Assembly: GCA_016784545.1 (NCBI GenBank)
Contig: JADHUM010000006.1
Location: forward strand, 2,142-66,141
DNA: 64,000 bases
Origin: Fidelibacterota bacterium
Lineage (GTDB): Bacteria; Fidelibacterota; UBA8477; JABMPR01
Reading direction: 5' to 3'
Of this stretch, positions 55,551 through 64,000 are shown piece by piece. Under the pieces are notes generated by a model. That model did not search any database and was not told the DNA's origin. It saw only the letters and a list, made by a program, of their open reading frames with translations. A program made the translations under genes and the position numbers. Position 1 is the first letter of the stretch, and each line of letters begins with the position of its first letter.

Positions 55551-57458
55551 CTAAAGGCTTTCAACTCCTTTAAGTTCAGATGGTTCGGCAGGAAGGAGTT
55601 TACCATAGAATTTTAGTATGAGAAACAGTGCCGTTATGCTGAAGGCATAAAGGATGATACCGGTCAAATAACCTGCACCTGGGATTAAACCAATTGGGAG
55701 AAAGCCAAATAAAATGGCTACGCCACCCACAACAAGAGCATATGGAAGTTGAGTTTGAACGTGGTCAACATTGTCTGCACCACTTGCCAGGGATGAGAGG
55801 ATGGTTGTATCAGAAATCGGTGAACAATGGTCCCCAAAGGTTGCCCCACTAATGATGGCAGAAAATGTGGCCCAGAACATCACGTTATGAACATCCCCAG
55901 TCAATTGTACAGATAAAGGCACAATGAGAGGAATCAGTATGGACATGGTTCCATAGGATGTGCCCGTTGCAAAACTAATCAAAGCCGCAATAATAAAAGT
56001 GAGGGCAGGAAGTACTCCAGGGGAAATAAAGTCACGTGTGTAGTGAACAATAAAATCGGCGGTGTGAATATCAGTACACACGTTACCCAGGCTCCAGGCC
56101 AGGATAAGGATTATAACGGCCAGAAACATGGTTCTTGCCCCCTCAAACCAGCTTTCCAAAGCTGCCCTCAAGGTGAGAAGCTTTTGTCCCATGGCCATTG
56201 CAATAGCTACAAAGGTTGCGATGTAGCTGCCCCACAACAGGGCCTGACTTGAATTTGTGTTGTCCATGATTACCAGGATCTTTTGCAGGAAGCTTTGATT
56301 ATCCGAAAATGTACCAGGCATACCTGTTATTACCATGCCAACCATGGTCATCACAATGACGATGAAGACTGGGATAACTGCATTGTACCAACGATGCGGA
56401 ATACCCTCAGGCATGGCATTCCTTAGCAGTGAATCATCTGAAAGCGGATGTGCTCCAGGACGTAAAATTTCTCCAGTTGTAATGGCCCGTTTTTCAGCTT
56501 CGTACATGGGACCAAACTCTCGATTGGAGAGCGCGTTCATGAAGACGAATATGATGGCCAGGACTGCATAATAGCTGAAGGGGATAGACAATAAAAAGAT
56601 AAGATAAGCATTTGTATGAATACCCAAGATTTGCAGCTGACCATCCAAGAGGGACATGGCGAAAACAATCCAGGTACTAATTATGCCAATACTGGCCACC
56701 GGTGCTGCTGTGGAATCGACAATGTAGCTTAATTTTTCTCGGCTGATACGCAGTTTGTCGGTAAAGGGTCTCATGGTATTTCCCACAAGAAGACTGTTGG
56801 CATAGTCATCAAAAAAGATGAACAATCCCATTGAAGCGGTGGCGACCTGGCCACGGATTCTGGTCTTGGCAAATTTTGCTGCGATAGCCACAATGCCAGC
56901 CAGGCCTCCGTTGCGTTGGACAATTCCAATAAGTCCGCCAAAGCCAAAGGTGAAAAGTAAAATCGTCGCGTGACCAGAGTCGGCAAGATTATTGACGATA
57001 TACCCATCTAGAGAGCTTAGAAAGCCTTTGATGGGATTGTAGCTCATCATAATAGTCACACCTACCCAGATACCGGCGAACAGTGAGATCAGCATTTCTT
57101 TGGTTAACAGGGCCAGGACAATGGCCAAGAGTGGGGGCAATAGACTCAACCAGCCAGGAATTGACGATACGTCCTGCCTCTCAATGCCACCATCATTAAG
57201 AGCGTATTCCAGAACCGTACTTCCCTGAATTTTTACATCTGCTTCACCCATGGCACTGGTGATCTTAAAAGAGCTTCCTGAAAGATCCCTGATGATAACG
57301 GGATGCTCAGGGCTGGCTTCGGTAAAGCCTTCCCAATTGATTTCAAAAGGTACATTTGATAAAATGATTGGGGGCAGATCAATCGTTTGGGCAGATGCAG
57401 GTTCGCCAAAAACAATAAAGATAGAAACGAGACTGAGAATCAGCTTACCCGGTTTCAA
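55551..57458 (-). CDS. Na+/H+ antiporter NhaC-family (IT superfamily) transporter with an N-terminal soluble extension
   Basis: WLSLLPPLLAI, IFFDDYAN, SREKLSYIVDSTAAP, FATGTSYGT, GATFGDHCSPISDTTILSS, HVQTQLPY. Confidence 0.88.
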   Translation of the reverse strand: MKPGKLILSLVSIFIVFGEPASAQTIDLPPIILSNVPFEINWEGFTEASPEHPVIIRDLSGSSFKITSAMGEADVKIQGSTVLEYALNDGGIERQDVSSIPGWLSLLPPLLAIVLALLTKEMLISLFAGIWVGVTIMMSYNPIKGFLSSLDGYIVNNLADSGHATILLFTFGFGGLIGIVQRNGGLAGIVAIAAKFAKTRIRGQVATASMGLFIFFDDYANSLLVGNTMRPFTDKLRISREKLSYIVDSTAAPVASIGIISTWIVFAMSLLDGQLQILGIHTNAYLIFLLSIPFSYYAVLAIIFVFMNALSNREFGPMYEAEKRAITTGEILRPGAHPLSDDSLLRNAMPEGIPHRWYNAVIPVFIVIVMTMVGMVITGMPGTFSDNQSFLQKILVIMDNTNSSQALLWGSYIATFVAIAMAMGQKLLTLRAALESWFEGARTMFLAVIILILAWSLGNVCTDIHTADFIVHYTRDFISPGVLPALTFIIAALISFATGTSYGTMSILIPLIVPLSVQLTGDVHNVMFWATFSAIISGATFGDHCSPISDTTILSSLASGADNVDHVQTQLPYALVVGGVAILFGFLPIGLIPGAGYLTGIILYAFSITALFLILKFYGKLLPAEPSELKGVESL

Positions 57459-58969
57459 GCGCGTGATTTTGGCACCATACCTTTCTCGTATTTGACAACT
57501 TGATCTCCGCCTCGACGCTTGGCTGTGTACATGGCAGCATCAGCTGACTGGATTAAATCCTGCATGGTTTCGCCGTCTCGTGGGAACTCTGAAAGGCCAA
57601 TACTGATTCTATTTTCAATATTTGTTTCGTTCATTTCGAATTGGTGTTCACGAACAGCTGTACAAATTCTTTTGGCACTGGCCATACAGGCGGATGCGTC
57701 AGCATTCACCATAATAACTACAAACTCCTCGCCACCATAACGGCCAGGGATATCACTGGTACGAATTGAATCTCGTATAATTTGTGAAATTTCTTTGAGA
57801 ACGAAATCACCAACGAGATGTCCATAGGTATCATTGACCAATTTGAATTTGTCCAGATCCAGGAATAAGACAACCAAAGAATTTTGATAGCGACCGGCAC
57901 GGGCCAATTCTTCCTCGAAGCGTTGTTTTAAAGCTCGGATATTGTAGAGATGGGTCAGTGTATCAATTGTCGCATAGTTATTGAGGCGCTCGTACAGGCT
58001 AAAGCGAGTCAGTGCAGCCCCCAGACTCTGACTGATCATCTCGAAGATACCCATTTCGCTCTGCTTGACTGGATATTCTTTCGATGACTCGAGAACCAGC
58101 ACACCTGGTCCATTTTTAACTTTCACCAGGGGAAAGCCAATCACCTGACTATATGGGTATTCCTCAAAATCTCCAGTTCTGTATATGCCTTCTGGAGCCG
58201 CATCGCTACTTTGCTTATAAATGAAGTGGTGGCCGGTGAGAATAGTTTTACTCACGAGGGAATTGTAAACAGGATAACTCATCCCCTGTTGTAAGCCTGT
58301 CTCATCTCCTTCAATTGAATCTATCATGAAATATTCGGGTGTATTTTCTGGATGGAGGACGAGCACAGCTCGATCAAAATTAAGAAAATATTTTCCAAAC
58401 CGAGTTATCTCAAACAAAAAATCTGTCTTAGTCGCTGCCACATTTAGATGGGTGTTTACTTCAAGCATGATAGATAGGTGATCTGATCGGTCCTTGTAAC
58501 TCTCCAACAGATTTGATGTAATCGAGTTACTGGTGATGCTAGCGGCCACTTCGTCGAAGACCTCCAGGTTAATCATATCTCGATCAAATTCTGCTGGGAA
58601 AATGGAAAGTAAAAATCCATCTATACTTTCGGGCTCACCCAGGGGGGATAGAACTGAGTATTCTGCCCAATCCGCTGGCTCAGTTGAAAACATGGCGGCA
58701 TTTTCCTGATTGAGAATAAACTTACTAGTAATTTCTTTTGTGGCCGTCATCTCCACAATGGCTGGGACATCAGAAGGTATAGACTCGAACAAGTGGGCTT
58801 TGTTAGTAGGTAGATCCTGAAGATCAAATTCAGGTCCATCGTTCTTTACGAACAAATAGACATTTGCATCTGGATAAATGCGGTAGAGTATATTGAGCAG
58901 GTGGCGGATTTGGGACTTAAAGAATGGCTTCGCATCTATATTCGCTAAATCAATATCTGTGAGCGCCAT
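57455..58969 (-). CDS. Cytoplasmic GAF-GGDEF diguanylate cyclase
   Basis: IDTLTHLYN, DLDKFKLVNDTYGH..GD, I-site RxxD (RTSD), RYGGEEF, AKRRGGDQV. Confidence 0.92.
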   Translation of the reverse strand: MALTDIDLANIDAKPFFKSQIRHLLNILYRIYPDANVYLFVKNDGPEFDLQDLPTNKAHLFESIPSDVPAIVEMTATKEITSKFILNQENAAMFSTEPADWAEYSVLSPLGEPESIDGFLLSIFPAEFDRDMINLEVFDEVAASITSNSITSNLLESYKDRSDHLSIMLEVNTHLNVAATKTDFLFEITRFGKYFLNFDRAVLVLHPENTPEYFMIDSIEGDETGLQQGMSYPVYNSLVSKTILTGHHFIYKQSSDAAPEGIYRTGDFEEYPYSQVIGFPLVKVKNGPGVLVLESSKEYPVKQSEMGIFEMISQSLGAALTRFSLYERLNNYATIDTLTHLYNIRALKQRFEEELARAGRYQNSLVVLFLDLDKFKLVNDTYGHLVGDFVLKEISQIIRDSIRTSDIPGRYGGEEFVVIMVNADASACMASAKRICTAVREHQFEMNETNIENRISIGLSEFPRDGETMQDLIQSADAAMYTAKRRGGDQVVKYEKGMVPKSRA

Positions 58970-59171
58970 GATCGAACCTTTCCCTGCTGGACTTCATCGA
59001 AATTTTCCTCGAGAAGATATCTATTTCAGAAATTCTTTAGAATACGTCATTTCAGACGATTTACGCCATAGACTTAAAGTTAAAAGTTAAGAGTACCAAA
59101 ATCAATTGATACTCCTCTTCTAGCAAGGATAAAATAAGATTTTATCTAGAGGGATTTTGTGGGGCTAAAGT

Positions 59172-59702
59172 TTATTTCTTTCCACTGACCAATTGCATTG
59201 ATTGGTTATTGGAATTAATCGTTGAATTCTGAAGTGTTAGGGAGTCTGAAGAAGCGTTTGCAGAACTATCAGTCACTTCTGCCAGTGATTGAGAGGGTTG
59301 AGCTGGATTTATCTTTTCCCCAGCGAAATTTAATTGAACATCTGGTTTCATTGGAGATTTTGGATCTATCAAGACATTAATTCCAAGTGCCACTACCAAA
59401 CCGGCTGCAAGGGCGTAACCCGCGACCCTTGAATATGAGGAGGCGTAAATTTTTTGCCAAACAGTTTCCTGATTAAGTGTATCGATCCGTGATAATAAGG
59501 TTGATGTAAATTCAGGTGAAGCTTTGAGGGTGCGAAGACTATGAAGTGTTTCAATAGCGTCGGTTAATTTTTCAAACATCTCCATGCAGGAGGAACATGA
59601 GGCTAGATGACTGTCTACCTTAGCTCTGATTTCAGATGGGAGCGAATTTTCCTGATATTCGGTGAACTGTTCACAAATAAATGTGCAATCTGTATTTTGC
59701 AT
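59172..59702 (-). CDS. Zinc-binding (zf-HC2/ZAS) membrane anti-sigma factor
   Basis: HLASCSSC motif and one TM; directly downstream of the ECF sigma gene. Confidence 0.85.
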   Translation of the reverse strand: MQNTDCTFICEQFTEYQENSLPSEIRAKVDSHLASCSSCMEMFEKLTDAIETLHSLRTLKASPEFTSTLLSRIDTLNQETVWQKIYASSYSRVAGYALAAGLVVALGINVLIDPKSPMKPDVQLNFAGEKINPAQPSQSLAEVTDSSANASSDSLTLQNSTINSNNQSMQLVSGKK

Positions 59703-59756
59703 GTCTAATCTTCCTCGATGTATGGTGCTCTAACAATAGCGTTTTTGGCTATAGGA

Positions 59757-60332
59757 TTACTCCTTTAGGTAGCTCAATGTTTCCTGTAATTTCAAACGTG
59801 CTCTATTGACACGCGATTTGACAGTGCCCATTGGGATGTCGAGTATTGTACTGATGTCTTCGTAAGAAAGTTCCTGAATATCTCGTAAAATTACTATGGT
59901 TTTAAATGGCTCTGGGAGCGCATAAATAGCCCTCATTATTTCTTCCCCAGCATAACTATTAAAAACAATACCTTCTGTGTCCTTGCCAGGATCAACGGGG
60001 GTAAATTCATTGTCATCAAAGGACAGATCTGACATCGTATAAGTTTTACGACGTTTACGTTTTCTTAGTTCAGAGCGGGCCAGATTTCCAGCTATTGTAT
60101 AGATCCATGTAGAGAATTTTGCGATTTCACGGTAGGCATGTTTATTCTTGTAAACTTTTAAAAATGTTTCCTGAACCATGTCTTCTGCATCAGTCATATC
60201 ATGGAGAAATCGATATACAAAGTTTACCAGACGATCCTTATAACGATCAACTAACTCGACAAAGGCATTCTCATTCCCAGCTTGAAACTCTGCAATAAGT
60301 TGCTCGTCTGTTTTTATTGGCTTTTCACTCAT
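59757..60332 (-). CDS. ECF sigma-70 factor (RpoE/SigW-like)
   Basis: DEQLI, AFVELV.RY, AEDMVQETFLK, FSTWIYTIA.N, LSYEDIS, GTVKSRVNRAR. Confidence 0.95.
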   Translation of the reverse strand: MSEKPIKTDEQLIAEFQAGNENAFVELVDRYKDRLVNFVYRFLHDMTDAEDMVQETFLKVYKNKHAYREIAKFSTWIYTIAGNLARSELRKRKRRKTYTMSDLSFDDNEFTPVDPGKDTEGIVFNSYAGEEIMRAIYALPEPFKTIVILRDIQELSYEDISTILDIPMGTVKSRVNRARLKLQETLSYLKE

Positions 60333-60335
60333 TCC

Positions 60336-61334
60336 TTACACAACCTTTGACACCCATTCAGTAAAAGCAGTTAGCGTATCCATGGAACCCAATCTAAACT
60401 TCAAGTCCAGATTTGCCAGCTCGCGTGTGGCATCCTGTAATTCTTCAAGCGTATAATTTTTTGAAACTGAACCCAATTTGTTTAAAAAATACCCTGATGT
60501 CGCACCCTGGCTGATAGTTTTACGGGCTTCAGGTGATTCTCTAAGGGCCATGAGTTGGATAAGACAGTTGTAGAGGAGGGAGACCAGATAAGGAAGACCT
60601 TCCTTCCCCTGATGGTCAATTTCTACCAATGTCTGAATGGCCACCTGACGATCGCGATTAAAAATGGCGTCAATAAATTGTGATGCATGTGCATTTTCAA
60701 TATCCCCGGCCACCTGGTCTATTACTTCTCGACCGATGGGTACAGAAACATCATCGAGGTAGAGCGTCATTTTTTCAAGCTCATTATCGATGATGGCTAA
60801 CTCACCACTGCTCAACTCTATCAAGCGATAAATTCCAGCTTCGTCTATATTGAGATCGCGCGAAGTGGCCATTTTCCCAACGAGTCCCGGCAGCTGGGAG
60901 GATTCCGGGCTGGTCATGGAAACGACTTGAGCAACCCCCTGGATAGCGTCAAGCCATTTTGCCCTTCTAAAATCACTGACAGAGTAATGGGCAAGTACAA
61001 CGGTATCCTCAGGCAAATTTCCCAGCATTTCAGCTAATTTGGTTTTCACAGCGGTCCCTGCATCCTGAATTTCATGCAGCATGATGAGACTGGCTGATGA
61101 AAAGAGGCCTCCCCCGCCAAGCAAATTACTGACATCTGTTGCCAGCTTCAAATCTGCACCCCAGCGTTGAACCAGGCTGGCGTTTTCACCATAGCGTTGC
61201 TTGAAAGCAGCTCGAAATTCACTCAGGAATTTTCTATACAGATAATAGTCTGAACCCATGGCAAAATATAGACTACCTATTCTCCCCTTCTGGAGTTCCG
61301 AAATTGTCTGACTATAGCTTTGCTTTGGGGACAT
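60336..61334 (-). CDS. holA: DNA polymerase III delta subunit; start reassigned to ATG 61334
   Basis: LYFAMGSDYY, GGGLFS, NELEKM.LY, ANLDLKF..G; the ORF-track extension lies inside uppP. Confidence 0.75.
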   Translation of the reverse strand: MSPKQSYSQTISELQKGRIGSLYFAMGSDYYLYRKFLSEFRAAFKQRYGENASLVQRWGADLKLATDVSNLLGGGGLFSSASLIMLHEIQDAGTAVKTKLAEMLGNLPEDTVVLAHYSVSDFRRAKWLDAIQGVAQVVSMTSPESSQLPGLVGKMATSRDLNIDEAGIYRLIELSSGELAIIDNELEKMTLYLDDVSVPIGREVIDQVAGDIENAHASQFIDAIFNRDRQVAIQTLVEIDHQGKEGLPYLVSLLYNCLIQLMALRESPEARKTISQGATSGYFLNKLGSVSKNYTLEELQDATRELANLDLKFRLGSMDTLTAFTEWVSKVV

Positions 61335-61336
61335 GG

Positions 61337-62152
61337 TTAAAAGAAAAACAATCCTATTACTGCAATGGTGAAACAATACCAGGCAAAATAATGAAACTTG
61401 CCGCTCTTTAACAATTGAAGCAGCCACTTCAGGCTAAATATTCCAACCACAAATGATATGACCAATCCAATGAGCAAAATTGAAACTTCATCTGATGATA
61501 TGCCGACTTTCAACAGATCAAGGAACTCTAGGACTGTAGCTGCGATGATGAGTGGTAGTACCATGATAAAACTGAATCTTGCAGCCTGCTCCTGCTTAAC
61601 CCCGAGTCCAAGAGCCATGGAAATAGTTGATCCTGAGCGTGAGATGCCCGGGACGAGCGCCAGAGCTTGAGCAAACCCGATAAGCAGGGCTTTTTTAAAA
61701 TCAATTTGCTTGTCTGACTTCTTAAAATACTTGGTTGATAGCAGCATTGAGCCAGTAAATAAAAGCGCAAAACTGACCATGAAGGGTTGTGAGAATAATT
61801 CGCTGATCTGATCCCGTAATAAGAGACCAACTACACCGGCTGGTAGCATGGCAATGAGCATAAGTACAGCGGTCTTGAAATCATCATTGTTCTGATACTC
61901 TGTGGACCAACTACCTGGTTTAAGCAGACGCACAAAAAACACTTGGACCAGATGCACAATATCTTTCCAGAAGACGACCAGGACCGCCAGAAAAGTACCG
62001 AGGTGCACAACCAGTTCAAAAGCGATACTATTTCCAAAGGAATGGGAACCCAAGAGGGCTTCACCTAGAACCAGGTGACCAGAACTTGAAACTGGGAGAA
62101 ATTCGGTTAGACCTTGTATGATGGCAAGGATTGCTGCGCTCAGGGGACTCAT
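61337..62152 (-). CDS. uppP: Undecaprenyl-diphosphatase
   Basis: IQGLTEFLPVSSSGHL, HLGT, PGISRSGSTI, ARFSF. Confidence 0.97.
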   Translation of the reverse strand: MSPLSAAILAIIQGLTEFLPVSSSGHLVLGEALLGSHSFGNSIAFELVVHLGTFLAVLVVFWKDIVHLVQVFFVRLLKPGSWSTEYQNNDDFKTAVLMLIAMLPAGVVGLLLRDQISELFSQPFMVSFALLFTGSMLLSTKYFKKSDKQIDFKKALLIGFAQALALVPGISRSGSTISMALGLGVKQEQAARFSFIMVLPLIIAATVLEFLDLLKVGISSDEVSILLIGLVISFVVGIFSLKWLLQLLKSGKFHYFAWYCFTIAVIGLFFF

Positions 62153-62892
62153 TGGTTTATTCCTATTACTGACATCATTCTTCCGGTGGTTCCAGCATCG
62201 CGACGATGGGAGTAAAAGAGGCTATCCTCTTTATAACTACAGTAAGGTAATGTCTCAATGTGATGGGCTGGTACACCCAATCGAATGGCTGTGTCTCTCA
62301 AGTAGGCATTGTTATCGAACAAATATCTATTCCTACCTTGTAAAGGTATTAAAAATTCTGCAGGAAATTTATCACTGAATTCCGGACCCACTTCAAAATT
62401 GTCCTGAGACAATCCTGGTCCAATAACCAGGTAGAGGGATTCCAATTCGGCCCCCATTTCAGTGTGCATTTTCTTCAATGTTTTCCCCAGAATATCAAGT
62501 TCAGAGCCCTGCCATCCAGAATGCACTGCTGCGACAAGAAGGTCTTTATCAGACCATATAAGAATGGGTGAGCAATCCGCTGTGAGGACCCGTAGATAAA
62601 CGCCTGGTTGAGCAGTAATGAGAGCATCTTGACTGGCATATTCGCCAGGCTGATCAATAATTTTAACTCCGTCCCTACCTATCTGAAGGGGTTCAGCAAG
62701 TTGTGCTGGGTTGATTCCGAACTCCTTAAAAAACAATTGTCTATTTGCAGCAACGTTGGCTTCGCTATCACCACGGGATGTGGACATATTCAATCCTTTG
62801 AAAGGGTGTGGGCTCACTCCCCCAAGACGAGTCGAAAATCCCAGCGAGATGTGTGGGGATTGAGTGAGTATTTGAGGTTTAATAACCCTTAT
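62149..62892 (-). CDS. pgeF: Peptidoglycan editing factor PgeF (YfiH); homology extends upstream of the GTG at 62817, start uncertain
   Basis: GFSTRLGGVS (upstream of 62817), DALIT, TADCSPIL, VHSGWQG, IGPG...FEVG, FYSHRR..TGRM. Confidence 0.88.
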   Translation of the reverse strand: MRVIKPQILTQSPHISLGFSTRLGGVSPHPFKGLNMSTSRGDSEANVAANRQLFFKEFGINPAQLAEPLQIGRDGVKIIDQPGEYASQDALITAQPGVYLRVLTADCSPILIWSDKDLLVAAVHSGWQGSELDILGKTLKKMHTEMGAELESLYLVIGPGLSQDNFEVGPEFSDKFPAEFLIPLQGRNRYLFDNNAYLRDTAIRLGVPAHHIETLPYCSYKEDSLFYSHRRDAGTTGRMMSVIGINQ

Positions 62893-64000
62893 TCGATCTC
62901 CGATGTTGACTCCATATCAAGAATACCCGTATCAAGACTATCCATGGAGAAAAATCCGGAATTATCATAGTACCCTGTTAATTCAAATGAATTCTCAACA
63001 TAATCCATGAGAAAGACCAGATCATTTTCACGCCGGGTTGCCCCGCCCCACTGTACTTGATGTACCAATCCTTCGTAAATGGGAGCGTTTATCATGACTT
63101 CCCAGAGCTTACTCCCAGAGCCTCCTGCATATTGAGCTGATTCAAGCAACATCCCCATAACATCATAGCCAAGATAATCGTATTGATCAGGTCGATGTTT
63201 AAAAATACGAACATACTCATCGGAGAAAGCAGGACTCATCTTCTGAAAACCAAGTCTATCCCCTGCCACGACGGTTAAATCCTTTATGTAGCTCGCATCC
63301 TTCTTCAAGGCATCTTTATCAAGCCAATTCTCATCACCAAGTATATGCGTAACCAGATTATTGCTGGCAAGTTGATAGAGTATATAGCGCATATTGCCTT
63401 CATGGATGGGGAAGAAAATTCCATCGATGTGGGACAATTTAACGCCTAAAGAGTCTCCGCGGGTAGGTCTTGATTTTTTGAAAATAGGATTTAGTTGTTC
63501 CTCATAAATGTTTATTGAATCTCCCTCAGTAAGCATTCCAATGAGCAAGGAGTCCAGGCGCAATGAGTCTGCTTGAAATTTAGTATAGAGCTCTTCCAGC
63601 CCCTGTTCTCTGATTCTCCGGAAATGAACCTTGCTGAGATCTGTGGGTTCACCAACATACCAGCCCTGATACTGAATAATGCCACCCATTTCATCGACAC
63701 GCATGGCAAAATTATCTGCGAATTGCTGTCCATACTCTGTAGAAGGAGCAATAATCGCGAAAGTTTTCAATCCCAGAGTCTGTACCGCATATTCAGCCAT
63801 GGCTACAGCTTTACGTTCTCTGGTGGATCGGTATTGGAAAATGCCTTTGGATAGGTTGGTCAGGTGATTTTCAGTCGCCGTTGGGGCAATAATGGGAATA
63901 GAGTGACCTTCCAGCACGGCAGCGGTGCCTTTGACATTTTCATTGGTTAAGGGACCTATCATGGCGATGACCCGAGGATCATCTCTTACCTGTCTGGCAA
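62889..64000 (-). CDS. LpoA-like / periplasmic binding protein type 1 domain protein, 5' part beyond the right edge
   Basis: Frame open to the right edge (ARQVRDDPRVIAMIGPL); PIIAPTA, LGLKTFAIIAP..YG..FA..F, LGYDVM. Confidence 0.72.
   Translation of the reverse strand, partial: ARQVRDDPRVIAMIGPLTNENVKGTAAVLEGHSIPIIAPTATENHLTNLSKGIFQYRSTRERKAVAMAEYAVQTLGLKTFAIIAPSTEYGQQFADNFAMRVDEMGGIIQYQGWYVGEPTDLSKVHFRRIREQGLEELYTKFQADSLRLDSLLIGMLTEGDSINIYEEQLNPIFKKSRPTRGDSLGVKLSHIDGIFFPIHEGNMRYILYQLASNNLVTHILGDENWLDKDALKKDASYIKDLTVVAGDRLGFQKMSPAFSDEYVRIFKHRPDQYDYLGYDVMGMLLESAQYAGGSGSKLWEVMINAPIYEGLVHQVQWGGATRRENDLVFLMDYVENSFELTGYYDNSGFFSMDSLDTGILDMESTSEIE

Overview
A 64 kb chromosomal window of mostly housekeeping genes. 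It probably comes from an FCB-group bacterium, Marinimicrobia/Fidelibacterota-like; this is an inference from gene content (T9SS-like C-terminal sorting domain, BatA protein, yajC-def-fmt order, dockerin-like domain), not from a search. From left to right it holds: (1) a minus-strand serine cluster DUF1015 - class V aminotransferase - serA, with serA running off the left edge and missing from the ORF track; (2) a plus-strand operon DUF512 radical-SAM-like - der - secreted HEXXH peptidase - yigZ - tadA, then tRNA-Ser(CGA); (3) a 3.4 kb islet with a Fic protein and an orphan histidine kinase; (4) lysC-asd with a cluster of REP-like repeats upstream; (5) a CoA-transferase/GNAT fusion - ADP-forming acyl-CoA synthetase - DRTGG operon; (6) yajC-def-fmt-rsmB-PASTA-rpe-kinase-batA-hflX-patatin; (7) a peroxiredoxin; (8) rplM-rpsI-rpsB-tsf-pyrH-frr with a near-consensus sigma70 promoter; (9) a histidine kinase with an internally duplicated sensor, a YfhO-like GT-C protein and a tandem LamG-dockerin protein; (10) a surface-glycan locus with four glycosyltransferases, Wzx, an FrhB-like Fe-S protein, a WcaK-like pyruvyltransferase, FabH, an SDR, an AAC(3)-family acyltransferase and a deacetylase-like protein; (11) TPR, NhaC-family, GAF-GGDEF, ECF sigma/anti-sigma, holA, uppP, pgeF and a partial LpoA-like gene. 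I found no CRISPR array, rRNA, transposase or integrase. The best candidates for undescribed biology are the glycan-tailoring modules (FabH/SDR/AAC(3)/deacetylase and FrhB/WcaK), the DUF1015 serine cluster and the CoA-transferase-GNAT/ACD/DRTGG operon. All family assignments come from motif recognition by eye; no searches were run.
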